From the NCBI RefSeq assembly GCF_035084215.1, contig NC_090365.1, positions 1,922,001 to 1,986,000 on the forward strand: a DNA stretch of 64,000 nt, written 5' to 3'. This document shows positions 47,824 to 58,783 of this stretch, piece after piece (positions within the stretch are counted from its first letter, which is position 1; every line of letters starts with the position of its first letter). The notes beneath the pieces are model-generated. The model saw only the letters and a program-made list of their open reading frames with translations, had not been told where the DNA came from and made no database searches. The translations under genes and the position numbers were made by a program. The stretch comes from Heptranchias perlo. Its lineage: Eukaryota.

Positions 47824-49827
47824 ATGCAGCCAATCAGCCACAGCGACCACGTCCTGCAGCAGCTGTGCTCCCAGCTGGAATACGGCTTCCTGTGCGACTG
47901 CTCCATCGCCGTGGGCGACGTCTACTTCCGGGCCCACCGGGTAGTCCTGGCCGCCTGCAGCTCGTACTTCCACAAGCTCTTCGTCAACCAGCCGGCGGAG
48001 ACCTCGCAGCTCAGCCTCAGCTCCCAGGCTGTCAGCCCCGACCATTTCGACCTGATCCTGCAGCTGATGTACACCGGACGCCTGAAGTCATCCCCAGCCG
48101 ACCCCGAGCGGTTCAGAGCCTCGCTCAACTTCCTGAAGCTTTATAACGCCCCCCGGTTTTTCAGGACGGTGACGGTGGGAGAGTGGGAGAGCGAGGAGAG
48201 GGTCCCTGCCGCCTTGGGGTCTGAGGAAACCAACCAGCTGGTCTTTGGCGTCCAGCTCTGCCGGGAGAACGAGGCGGCCGGGGAGGCCCTGGAGCCGAGC
48301 CTTGGCCAAAATCACCCGGCCTCGGTCACCGTCAAGGCCGAAACCCCCGAGGACGCCGCGGAGTCACGGAGCTTCCTCTGCCGCCTCTGCGGCCTGGGAT
48401 TCGACGAGCACTGGCGTCTGAGGGACCACCTGCAGCTTCACGCGCAGCAGCCTTTCCGTTGCTTGCTCTGCGGCCTGGTCTTCGATGGCAGCCAGCAGCT
48501 GCAGGAGCACGTCTGCGGGTGCGGAGAGGGCTACGCGGATGGGGGGCACCGCCAGGAGGAGAAGGCGGAGAAACTGGCGGCTCACGAGGTCAAGCAAGAG
48601 GCGGAGCCGGCAGAGAGGGTGGGGGGCGACGACTGCCCGACCGGCCAAACCTGCGGGAAGGTGCGGGAAGGAGCCAGCAAGGACTTGGGCCCTGACCTGA
48701 AGAAGCCAAAGCTGGAGGAGGCGGAGGAGGAAGGGCCGCCTGTCCTGTTGCTCCGCGGCTGCGAGGCGGAGGATTGCGAGGCGGAGGATTACGAGCTGGA
48801 GGAGGGAGAGGTGAGGTTCCCTGGCGACGACGACCTGGTTCTGGAGAACGCCTCGGACGACGGCTCCTTCAGCAGCTCCGACAGCAGCCTGGAGGCTGAC
48901 AGCGCCTGCGAGGGGTCGGCGCGGACGGAGCCGAGTGAGGACGAGGGCGCCGGGGCGGTGGCGCTGCCGGACACCCGGCTAACCTGCCACGTCTGCGGCA
49001 TCGCCTTTAAGTCGGAGGAGCGCTACACCCGGCACGCGGCCCGGCACTCGGGGAAGGCGTACCGCTGCCGGGCGTGCGAGGGCTGCCGCCCCTCCGGGGA
49101 GTGGCCGGCGGGCGCCGCGGGCCAACACGCCACGAGCCAGCTGGGTGCCGCCCGGGGGGGGAGGGCGAACGGAGTGGCGACCCGCTCCTCGCTACGCGGC
49201 TCGCCCGGCGACTCCCGCAGGCAGAGGGCGCTCCGGGAGCAGGCGGAGGTGGTCAGCGGCGGGAGGGGGAGGGGGAGAGGGCGCAGCAAGCCCACCTGTG
49301 CCCCGCACTTTGCGCAGGGCGTGGAGAGGAAGCAGCACCGTGTCGCCGGGGCGAGGAAACGCAACGTGCCCCGTAAGCACTTCTGCAGCATCTGCGAGAA
49401 AGGCTTCATCCGGCGAGGGCACCTGACGGAGCACGTGGCCACCCACGGCAAGGGGAAGCAGTTCCCCTGCCAGACCTGCGGGCGGGAATTCCTGCGGCAG
49501 CGCGAGCTGCGGCTGCACCTGGCCATGCACACCGGCAAAGCCAGGTACGAGTGCCAGTTCTGCGGGCAGGGCAGCTACCGGAAGAACAACCACCTGCGCC
49601 ACGTGGCCTGCCACCTGACCGAGGGCCAGGCCATCTGCCAGGTGTGTTTTGAGATCTTACGCAACGAGGAGGAACTCACAAGGCACCTGGAGAGTCACCT
49701 TTACCCCTGCCGAGGGTGCGGGGAGAAATTCCGGTTGAAGAAGGAGATGGCGACGCACGCCGCCAGCTGCTGGATGAAGAAGCTGCTCGATACAGAACCA
49801 GCGGGTAGCCAAAGAGACGAGGATTGA
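47824..49827 (+). CDS. ZBTB1-like BTB/POZ zinc-finger protein, 667 aa (probably a paralogue rather than the ZBTB1 orthologue)
   Basis: Acceptor ttttccAG ends at 47801; ATG at 47824; BTB SHSDHVLQQL...GFLCDCSIAVGDVYFRAHRVVLAACSSYF...FDLILQLMY; ZBTB1-type C-terminal fingers FLRQRELRLH, CGQGSYRKNNHLRH, ICQVCFEI...HLYPC. Confidence 0.9.
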   Translation: MQPISHSDHVLQQLCSQLEYGFLCDCSIAVGDVYFRAHRVVLAACSSYFHKLFVNQPAETSQLSLSSQAVSPDHFDLILQLMYTGRLKSSPADPERFRASLNFLKLYNAPRFFRTVTVGEWESEERVPAALGSEETNQLVFGVQLCRENEAAGEALEPSLGQNHPASVTVKAETPEDAAESRSFLCRLCGLGFDEHWRLRDHLQLHAQQPFRCLLCGLVFDGSQQLQEHVCGCGEGYADGGHRQEEKAEKLAAHEVKQEAEPAERVGGDDCPTGQTCGKVREGASKDLGPDLKKPKLEEAEEEGPPVLLLRGCEAEDCEAEDYELEEGEVRFPGDDDLVLENASDDGSFSSSDSSLEADSACEGSARTEPSEDEGAGAVALPDTRLTCHVCGIAFKSEERYTRHAARHSGKAYRCRACEGCRPSGEWPAGAAGQHATSQLGAARGGRANGVATRSSLRGSPGDSRRQRALREQAEVVSGGRGRGRGRSKPTCAPHFAQGVERKQHRVAGARKRNVPRKHFCSICEKGFIRRGHLTEHVATHGKGKQFPCQTCGREFLRQRELRLHLAMHTGKARYECQFCGQGSYRKNNHLRHVACHLTEGQAICQVCFEILRNEEELTRHLESHLYPCRGCGEKFRLKKEMATHAASCWMKKLLDTEPAGSQRDED

Positions 49828-51084
49828 TTCCGAAAGGTTTATTTTTTTTTTCCCCACAGACAAGCCCTCTTTGTAATCCGGAATCTTCCGTTGCCACTTC
49901 CAGTGTGCAACTGAGCCAAACAGACCAGGCAGATCCCAGGTTCGATTTCCCGGTTTGTTGCTGAGTTAGCTGTTGGGGGGGGTGGGGGGGTGCTGTAGTT
50001 GACCATTGGGTTAGGGGAGGGCTAAATTCAGCCAGCGTTTCCATTCCCCATCACTGTGCATTGACTCCCGTCGGGGGCGGAGGGACAGGGAAGCTGGGTC
50101 AGACTCTGGGACGGGAGAGCCCAGAACCTCCTAGAGACGCCATTTACTGGAGACAACGGACCCAGACGGTGGAAGTGCCAGGGTGGAGCCGGAGGGCAGG
50201 CAGGACTACCCCCTTCTCCCTCCCCGTCTCGTGCCACGTCTGCAACCACCCCTTCAGGCAGAAGTACCTCCGGCAGGAGCAGACACGTCAGTACAGCAGC
50301 CCTTGTTTTTGCTGCCCTCTACAGTTCGTGATCCTGGTCCTCCTATCCCGGGTCTGGTCCAGTATTTTTTTTAACCCCAGTCTGCAAAAGCAGGAGTCAC
50401 TAAACCTTGAGCAGGATTGGAAACTCTCGGGTTGGAGGGGGGTGGTGGTGGTGGGAATTAGAAAATTAAAAGACGCAGTAGTCAAACCAGGACAGGGTTG
50501 AAACCCCCTCTTCCTACGTGCCCCATACACACTCGAACAAACTCACCCACACCCTCTGCCTAGACTTGCACACCATGGCCACTTGAGTGAGGTAGTGGAG
50601 AGCAGTCAGGACCCAGGGAACCCGTACCCCAGCAAGGAGTCAGCGCACTTCGGGGAAAGAGGGGGCAGAGTGCCACAGCTAGGGGTCATCTGATCTGGAT
50701 ACACGGTCATTTGCGTGGGACGCGGAGCTAATTATATCGAAACTCTGGCGTTGATTTGAAATCCAGCAGATTGGGTTTTGAAAAGAGTAATTTATAGAAT
50801 TGATTTTTGTAGTCTTGAATTCTGTTACTGTTAATCGGAGGGTTTTGCAGTCAATGTTCCTATAATTAAAAGAAAAATTCTTAACTATTGGTCGACATTC
50901 CTTTTGGTCCTTTTTATCTTTTTGAGCAAAGTATGTTGGGTGACCTCAGCAGGGAACGGCTTGGAGAAGCCAAATTGGGAATTGCTCAGCCCCGATTTTT
51001 TGATTCACCTCGTCGTCTTCTTTCAACTGTGACAATGTCCAGCACTACGCCCCTTCCCCTGGGTTTTAAAGACTGGCCGCACCC

Positions 51085-51505
51085 TAGTAATCCAGCTCCC
51101 TCACACTGATGGGCTTAATACTCCTTTCTGATACTGTACTCCCCGCATTAAGCAACTGTGGTTCTACTGATAATCCAACTCCTTGCACTGTCAGACTGTC
51201 TAACTCCTCCCAGACAGCGCCCTGTCTAACTGACTGAATCTTGACCGATGTTAATCCAGCGCTCTCTCACTGTTGGGCTCAGTACCTTCTTGTATGTAGA
51301 ACCCTAACTGTCTACTGATGTTAATCCACCTCCCTCGCACTGTCAATCAGTAACCCTTCCCCCCAGCCCCGTGTGTTACTGACTGTATCTCTACTGATGT
51401 TAATCCACCTCCCTCACACTGTCGCTCAGTAACCCCTCTCCCCCAGCACCCTGTGTTACTGATGCTAATCCACCTCCCTCATGCTGTCGGGTGCAGTAAA
51501 TCCTA
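51085..51505 (+). repeat. Degenerate tandem repeat with core ACTGATGTTAATCCACCTCCCTCACACTGTC
   Basis: About 6 diverged copies at 65-85-bp spacing. Confidence 0.7.
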
Positions 51506-53501
51506 ACCAGTTTCATCTGCTTGTATCACTTTTACTTGTACCAATTAGAATATCAGAAATAAAATAATTTTGTAACCAATCTTAGGGGTCTGGTTGGAGC
51601 TTTACTGCCCTCCCCCCTTGTTGACACCAAGGTGAGTTTGGAGAGCTTTGTCTCTGTATAGAACAGTAATAGACCCTGGTCCAAACTGTGTGCATTTTAT
51701 CGGTTACTGGTAGTGTCTGAAGAGGTTCTAGATCTGTAACGCGGAATGCACGTTGCAGCTAGTGTGACATAAGTGACAGTCGGGGAACGGGACCCGGCTG
51801 TGAGGATCTTTGTTGTAGTGTGGATCCTACTGTCTCACCCCGGGGCCGTCTGGGACACTGGGGCAGTTTTCATGCTGGTGAGATTTCGGGGGGTGAAACG
51901 ATCCATTGAACACGAGGCGTAAGTTTCACGAGTGCAAAAAGGAGCTGCATCTGACCCGGGGGGATGGTTTGACGTCCACACTTGAGGTGCCGAGTGGGCA
52001 GAAGCAGCAGCTGCCCAGCAATGACCGTCCTCACCTTGATGAGCACAAAAAATTGACCCCTCCCCCCAAATAAGTATTCCATAAAAATAAGTGAAGTTGG
52101 GATCTGTACACCAGGATTTACAGTACTTTGTAAGGTACCTGAGGGGAGGGGAATTGTCTGTCGACACTACAGATGAACCCACCTGGGCTACAGACACCAG
52201 CACGCCTGTCTGATTATGGTGCGTCTAGACGTGACGGGCAGCCAGAGGTGAATTGCAGAGCTGCTGCTTTGAAACTCTATAGTTTACGGACCAAAGGAAA
52301 GGCAAATTTAGGATCGATCTCACAAAAGTTCTTCATAAAATGGATTTATGAGTAGGGCAATGAAGACAACAATCATGGGAGTCATTGAAGAGAGTGCTGG
52401 ATGCTGAGATTGGGAGGGGAGTGACTGTTGATTGGGCTCAGTGGGATTCTTCACCGCCTCCTGTCTTGTGAGATGCTTAATGAGAGGCACCCTCCACCTC
52501 ATATAAACCTGCAGTTCATTTGGCCAACCCTGTTGGCTGCGATCTCATGTACATCGTATACTGGGTGGCACATACAGCAAACCCTGAGTCATACTGATCA
52601 AGGAGGCCCCGAGGATTGATCTCTGCTCTGTGCTGAGTTATCTCATCTGAACCAAGGCTCGATAGTGGAGTATATTCAAGACTGAGATCGATAGATTTTT
52701 GGACTCTAAGGGAATCAAAGGATACGGGGATCGGGCAGGAAATTGGAATTGAGGTCGAAGATCAGCCATGATCTGACTGAACGGCAGAGCAGGCTCGAGC
52801 AGTGTATAGCCTACTCTTGCTCCTGTTTCTTACGTTTAATGGGAACGGGGATTGAAACTTATTTGCAGCTTGTGAACAAAAAGCTCAGCCAGTGGTATTG
52901 TCCAATATCAACACACTGGGGTAAGGTACCAATTTACAGTTTCCATGAAAAAAATGGATGGAATCAAGAGGAGGCAATCGCAAAAACAGCATACAAATCC
53001 TTTGCAACGAAAATGGAATCCGATATGTTTGGTCATCGTAAGAGAGGCGGGAAACATTAAAACCAACATACCTCAATGGCCTCGGGTTAGGGAGAAAAAC
53101 ATCAGTCAACATTCATGCTCCCTTTCGCTTTCAAGTGACCCTCGCTGAAACGTGTGTAGAAGCCATCAGGTGGGGTCGGGATTGGGTGTGGCTGCAATAC
53201 CCCCCTCCCTTCCCAAATAGCCCAAAACACAAAGGCATCTCGGCTTACACAGGAAAAGGCAGGACATTCAGCCCCTCGAGCCTATTCAGTCATTCAATTA
53301 GGTTGTGGCTGATCTGTATCTGAATTCCAATCAACCTGCCTTGGTTCAGTAACCCTCGCCTTCAGAAAACGGCCACTCGGCTGAGGTATTGGAGGGGTCC
53401 CTCCCCCCAGTGAAACTGGAGCCCAGCGAGAGTCACCTCGGTCAGACCCCACAGTGCCAAATGGGCAAATTCCCAATTTACATCCGTACCAGAAGTCAAG
53501 T

Positions 53502-53507
53502 TTTATT
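53502..53507 (-). terminator. Candidate AATAAA polyadenylation signal of POLR1G
   Basis: TTTATT on the + strand, ~400 nt downstream of the POLR1G stop. Confidence 0.5.
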
Positions 53508-53910
53508 AAAAAATACATTTTTTTTTAAAAAGCAAATTCTTTTCGCTATGTGAACAGATGACGTTAGGACAGGCTCAGCAGTCTCTGAAAGGAGGTTCAC
53601 GTCGAGAATTCAGGGTCAATGAGACGCAGGGCTGGGCGCAGAACAGCGAGCTGGCGTATCAACAACAGAAATAAGGGTCTGTTTCAATGTGAAATCTTAT
53701 ACAGCGTCAGAAAATACACATTCAGACAAAAAGCCTTCGGAGAGGGAGACACATTCTCTCAAATATACATAGGAACATCTGACAGGGAAGCTGGTGTCAG
53801 CACAGCCCCATGTATTTCAATAGGATGCAACGATCAATAACCTTGAGCGTAAACCACTTGGGAGGTGTAATAGTTTCGAACAGTTTATGTCCCCGGGAGT
53901 TCCTGTCAGA

Positions 53911-54547
53911 TTAATACTTATCTTTTTTCTTCTTTTTCTTCTTGTGACCCAGGTCCATCTCACGGGGCGGGGTCCGTGGGATCTCTCCGGCCTCGCCTTT
54001 CCTCCTCTTCTTCCGCTTTCCATGTTCTGGGGTTGTTGCTCCTCTATCGGAGTGTTCGTCCTCCTCCTCCGGCTCTTTGCTCCTCTTTTTCTTCTTTTTC
54101 CGAACATCGCCCGGTGCTTCAGGGTCCGCGGTTTCTAGGAGAGCCTTGCAACCGTCGACCACCGTCTTTTCTTCCATCCTCTTCCTCCTCTTGGTGCCGG
54201 GGCCCCCCTCGTCGCCAGGCTCCGGCCGTTTCCTCGGCGACCGCCCAGGCGGGGCTGCGCCAAAAGGCCGGAACCTCAGCTTCAAGCCCTCCGGGATGCT
54301 GGGCGCCGGGCTAGCGGGGATGGAGTGAGGCTGGCCGCCGTCACTCGTGTCCTCCCAGCTCTCCCCGATGTTAATGCAGCCGGCAAACGGTGGGCAGCTG
54401 GCCGCTCGGCCTGCCGCCTCGGAGGGGAGGACGAGGCAGACGCCTCCTGTTCCGCTGTCTGTACCGAACACGTTGTAAAGTCTGTCTCTGCATGTCTTGG
54501 ACTTGAGCGTCTGAAAACCGACCAACGGGATCTTCCTTCCAGAGAAA
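53911..54547 (-). CDS. POLR1G: POLR1G (CD3EAP/PAF49/RPA34) exon 3
   Basis: FSGRKIPLVG...IPASPAPSIPEGLKLRFRPFG (RPA34.5 family motif) followed by a Lys-rich tail; acceptor catttcAG (54549-54548); phase 2. Confidence 0.9.
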
Positions 54548-54654
54548 CTGAAATGGAAAATTATTAAAAAGAGATCAAGCCCAGCCCAGTTAGGCCCAAG
54601 TGCAAATAGAACAACGTCCCATAATTGGCCTCTCGCAGCGAACCTTGCTGGGAT

Positions 54655-55050
54655 AAGAAAGGACTTGATTTATATCACACCTTTCACAATCTCAGGATGT
54701 CGCAAAGCTCTTTACAGCCAATGAAGTACTTTTTGAAGTGTAGTCACTGTTCTAATGTAAGAAATATGGCAGCCAATTTGCGCACAGCAAGGTCCCACAA
54801 ACAGCAATGAGATAATGACCAGATAATCTGTTTTAGTGATGTTGGTTACAGTTTAACTATTGGCCCAGGACACCAGGGAGACCTCCCCCGCTCTTCTTCC
54901 AAGTAGTAGCCGTGGGATCTTTTACGTCCACCTGAGGGGCAAACGGGGCCTCAGTACTGCACTGGGAGTGTCAGCCTGGATTATGTGCTCAGGTTTCTGG
55001 AGTGGGACTTGAACCCACAACCTCCTGATTCAGAGGCGAGAGTGCTGCCC
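54655..55050 (-). mobile_element. DeuSINE-like SINE
   Basis: Conserved tail, body and B-box. Confidence 0.85.
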
Positions 55051-55454
55051 AAAGAGTTCAACGTGCCTCAATTTTTTAGTCAACCCTTTCCCCATAAGTA
55101 GCCTTTCTTAGTGTCTGAGCCTGGGACAATATTTGACGGCGAGGGGCATCATAGCAAAGCCTGATAGAACTGGAGGTTTGCAGTACAGAGGAGGTCATTC
55201 AGCCCATCATTTCTGTGACAACTCTTTGCTAGAGTAATCCCTACTGCCCTGCTCTCACCCCATATCTTCCACTGCTTCAAATGTTTATTTGCTCTTCCCT
55301 TAAAAAATGCAGGGGTCTCTGCCTCAACTGTTCTGTGCAAAACATTCCAACAACCCCCTGCATAAAGATATTTCTTTTAACCTCTCTCCTCACTCAGTTA
55401 AATTGATGATAATTGTCCCCAACCAAAGGAAATGGCCTTCAACTACTCACCCTA

Positions 55455-55692
55455 TTCGTCTGTGGAATTTGCTGCCCCAGGAAGCTGTGGAAGCTACATC
55501 ATTAAATAAATTTAAAACAGAAATAGACAGTTTCCTAGAAGTAAAGGGAATTAGGGGTTACGGGGAGCGGGCAGGAAATTGGACATGAATTTAGATTTGA
55601 GGTTAGGATCAGATCAGCCATGATCTTATTGAATGGCGGAGCAGGCTCGAAGGGCTGATTGGCCTACTCCTGCTCCTATTTCTTATGTTCTT
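55455..55692 (+). mobile_element. CR1 LINE 3' fragment
   Basis: RLWNLLPQEAVEA.S...FKTEIDSFL..KGIRGYGE; CR1 3' UTR. Confidence 0.8.
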
Positions 55693-55880
55693 ATTAAACC
55701 CTTTATAATTTTCAAAATCTCTCTGCCTTGGACTCACCTGCCTGGTGTGGTACTGAGCAGGGCTAGGAGCACAACACAGAGTCCCAGAACCCCTGGGTTA
55801 GGGAGGGGGAATAAAAATCAGTCTGGGTCCCTGCTTTGAATCATTATGCAGTGACACCTGAGAAGCAAGACTGTGCGAAA

Positions 55881-55950
55881 CCCCCGAAAGCTTGTGGGAT
55901 TAAAAATAAAATCGTTGGACTATAACTTGGTGTTGTAAAATTGTTTACAA
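55881..55950 (+). mobile_element. 70-bp PLE 3' stub containing the 3' half of the hammerhead motif, with an 8-bp TSD
   Basis: CCGAAAGCTTGTG...AAATAAAATCGTTGGACTATAACTTGGTGTTGTAA homologous to the PLE ends; GTGCGAAA at 55873-55880 and 55951-55958. Confidence 0.7.
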
Positions 55951-56239
55951 GTGCGAAATGTTGAGAAGGGGTCAGGGTTAGACTCAGCGGTGATGACCCG
56001 CACAGTTGAATGACCTGTTCCAGTGCTCGCACGTAAGGTACCAGAAGGCTGCGTAGCAACCATTGACCTGTGCCTTGCACAAATCAATGCCGTCAGAAGA
56101 TGGGGGGAGGAGGTTGGAGATTAGGAGTACAGGAAACTTTGGCACTCCTAGAGAGGGAAGAGTCGTCTTTAGTTTTGAAAGCACAGTCTCCCACCCACAG
56201 GTGTAAATGTTCACCTCCCCAATCTCCCAGGACGCTCAC

Positions 56240-56387
56240 CTCTGGGGATCGAAGTCCGCAGGGGCTTTGATGAGCCAGAGCTCGGTGGAGGGGTCGTTTA
56301 CTTTCTCCAGCGTGAGATCGCGGGACGCTGAGCGCGGGCACGGCGTAAAATCCGGCGGGCACTCGAACTTCGTCATCTTACCAGGCC
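56240..56387 (-). CDS. POLR1G: POLR1G exon 2 (FECPPDF...TELWLIKAPADFDP)
   Basis: Family motifs F.CPP.F and TELWLI.APADF; acceptor ttttcAG (56389-56388); donor AG|GTGAGC (56239); 148 nt, phase 1-2. Confidence 0.92.
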
Positions 56388-56669
56388 CTGAAAACACAGG
56401 AGAGCAAAGCGGACTCACAACAAGTTCTTCATTGTCTTACAACTGCCCCAACCCACGGGTTGTATCCCTCCCGCCTAGAACCAGTGGCCAGGACACCGGG
56501 AGAACCCTTGGCTCTGCTTTGAACAGTGTCACAGGACCTTTAATGACCACAGCAGGTGGACACAGTCCTTCGGTTTAATGAAGGCCGGCACCTTGGTGCT
56601 GCACTGTATCAGCCTCCATTAGCCCCGGAGTGAGGTTTGAACCCAGAACCGTCCAAGTCAAACTAAACT

Positions 56670-57012
56670 CGCAGCAACTCGCCAAGGCTTCTTCGACAGC
56701 CCCTCCCAAACCCGCGACCTCTACCACCTAGAAGGACAAGGGCAGCAGGTACATGGGAACAACACCACCTGCACGTTCCCCTCCAAGTCACACACCATCC
56801 CGACTTGGAAATATATCGCTGTTCCTTCATCGTCGCTGGGTCAAAATCCTGGAACTCCCTTCCTAACAGCACTGTGGGAGAACCTTCACCACACGGACTG
56901 CAGCGGTTCAAGAAGGCGGCTCACCGCCACCTTCTCAAGGGCAATTAGGGATGGGCAATAAATGCTGGCCTCGCCAGCGACGCCCACATCCCATGAACGA
57001 ATAATAAAAAAA
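56670..57012 (+). mobile_element. CR1-clade LINE 3' end
   Basis: Nearly identical to 5178-5505. Confidence 0.85.
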
Positions 57013-57124
57013 ACACACCAAAGTTTAATGGCTTCTGATTTTTGCTGGACTCACTCGAACCAGCTTCACAGCAGCAAGATGGCTGAAGTCAGTGAAGTGC
57101 CAGTGCCACAAAGGCGGGAAAGCA

Positions 57125-57275
57125 CAATTACAGCGTGATGTTTACATAGGCAGTTTCCGTTATAAATGTGGATGTAGGAATTTTTAAGTGGAAATATAAA
57201 AATAAGGATATTAAAATGAGGACAGGATTATATCTGCCTGCCCTGGTCTAGTTATCCCCGGTTTCTAACCCCGTA
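57125..57275. repeat. Half copy of the palindromic dispersed repeat
   Basis: GTTTACATAGGCAGTTTCCGTTATAAATGTGGA...; its reverse complement aligns by eye with 37987-38130. Confidence 0.65.
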
Positions 57276-57864
57276 CTTCATTTGAACACCACACTTGGTC
57301 CTGACTTAATGGGGGTGAATTTTTGCTGGGGTTCTCCAGTTTTCCTGATGGAAGCAGGCAAATTAAAATCTCTTGTCACGCAAGTCCTGGTTTATTTCTC
57401 AATATTCTTTGTGGCCCCTCGAATTCCGTTAAATCAATCAGGAAACACATTCCAGAATGCACCGAAACAAAAATATACAGAAGACAACAAAAAATAATTT
57501 ATGATAAGCTCTTCCCAAGTTAAAACTAAAATGTGGAATTAAACAGGAAAATGGGCATGTGATTCCCGGCAAATATCAGCACACTCCCAGGAATACTGAG
57601 ACATTCCCAGGAACCCCCACCCACAAATACAACCTCCTGGGAAGCCCCTACTAATACGGAGTGTTTTATTCATTAGATTGTCTTTGAAGTTTGTGGGCTT
57701 AGAAAGGGCTGTTGTCTCATTGATGGGTAAATCCTAAACCAGAACCCCGAGATCTGGCAGCAGCGGCAGCTTGGAATATCTGGGAATTAGTGGGATCAGG
57801 GGGTGAAATCTTAACCGCAGTGCCCCAGGACCCAGGACAGTTTGGACATTCCTGATGTAGGATG

Positions 57865-58640
57865 TGTCTGTACCGGGGTGGGGGGGGGGGTCTGTCTGTA
57901 CCTGGGGGGGGGGGGGGAAATCTGTCTGTACCTGGGGGAGGGGGGAAATCTGTCTGTACCTGGGGGGGGGGGGGGAAATCTGTCTGTACCTGGGGGGGGG
58001 GGGGAAATCTGTCTGTACCTGGGGGGGGGGGGAAATCTGTCTGTACCTGGGGGAGGGGGGAAATCTGTCTGTACCTGGGGGGGGGGGGAAATCTGTCTGT
58101 ACCTGGGGGGGGAAATCTGTCTGTACCGGGGTGGGGGGGGGGGGGTCTGTCTGTACCTGGGGGGGGGGGGGGAATCTGTCTGTACCTGGGGGGGGGGGGA
58201 ATCTGTCTGTACCTGGGGGGGGGGGGAAATCTGTCTGTACCTGGGGGGGGGGGGGAAATCTGTCTGTACCTGGGGGAGGGGGGAAATCTGTCTGTACCTG
58301 GGGGAGGGGGGAAATCTGTCTGTACCAGGGGGGGGGGGGGGGGAGCTGTCTGAACCTTGGGGGAGGGGGTCGGTCTCTCTGTACCCGGGGATGAGGGGAG
58401 GGGTATGAGGTCTGTCTGTACCTGGGGGGGGGGGGGGCTGTCTGAACCTTGGGGGCGGGGGTCGGTCTCTCTGTACCCGGGGATGAGGGGGGGAGGGGGA
58501 TCTGTCTGTACCTGGGGGGGGGGGGAATCTGTCTGTACCTGGGGGGGGGGGGGGGCTGTCTGAACCTTGGGGGAGGGGGATCTATCTGTACCCGGGGATG
58601 AGGGGGGGGGGGGGGGGATGAGGTCTGTCTGTACCCGGGG
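57865..58640 (+). repeat. G-rich minisatellite AAATCTGTCTGTACCTG(n), ~27-33-bp unit, in POLR1G intron 1
   Basis: Over 20 copies with poly-G runs. Confidence 0.95.
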
Positions 58641-58674
58641 GAGGAGCCTCCTTCAGCTGAGCCCCGCCCCTCAC

Positions 58675-58783
58675 CTGCCGTCTCGCCGCTCCGCCCTCCT
58701 GTGCCCGGCGGTGTGTCGGGGGTTTCGGCCTCACTCTCCGCCTCACTGTCGGACACCTCCCACCGTTGCCTCGCCATCGCCAT
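58675..58783 (-). CDS. POLR1G: Probable POLR1G exon 1 (MAMARQRWEVSDSEAESEAETPD...)
   Basis: CpG-rich; ATGs at 58783 and 58777; strong donor CAG|GTGAGG (58674); phase 1 fits exon 2, giving 894 nt = 297 aa; this peptide has no recognisable homology. Confidence 0.7.

Noticed and set aside
57734-58674. 369-aa proline-rich ORF
   Set aside because: Read-through from POLR1G exon 1 into an intronic minisatellite; a strong donor at 58674 explains it.
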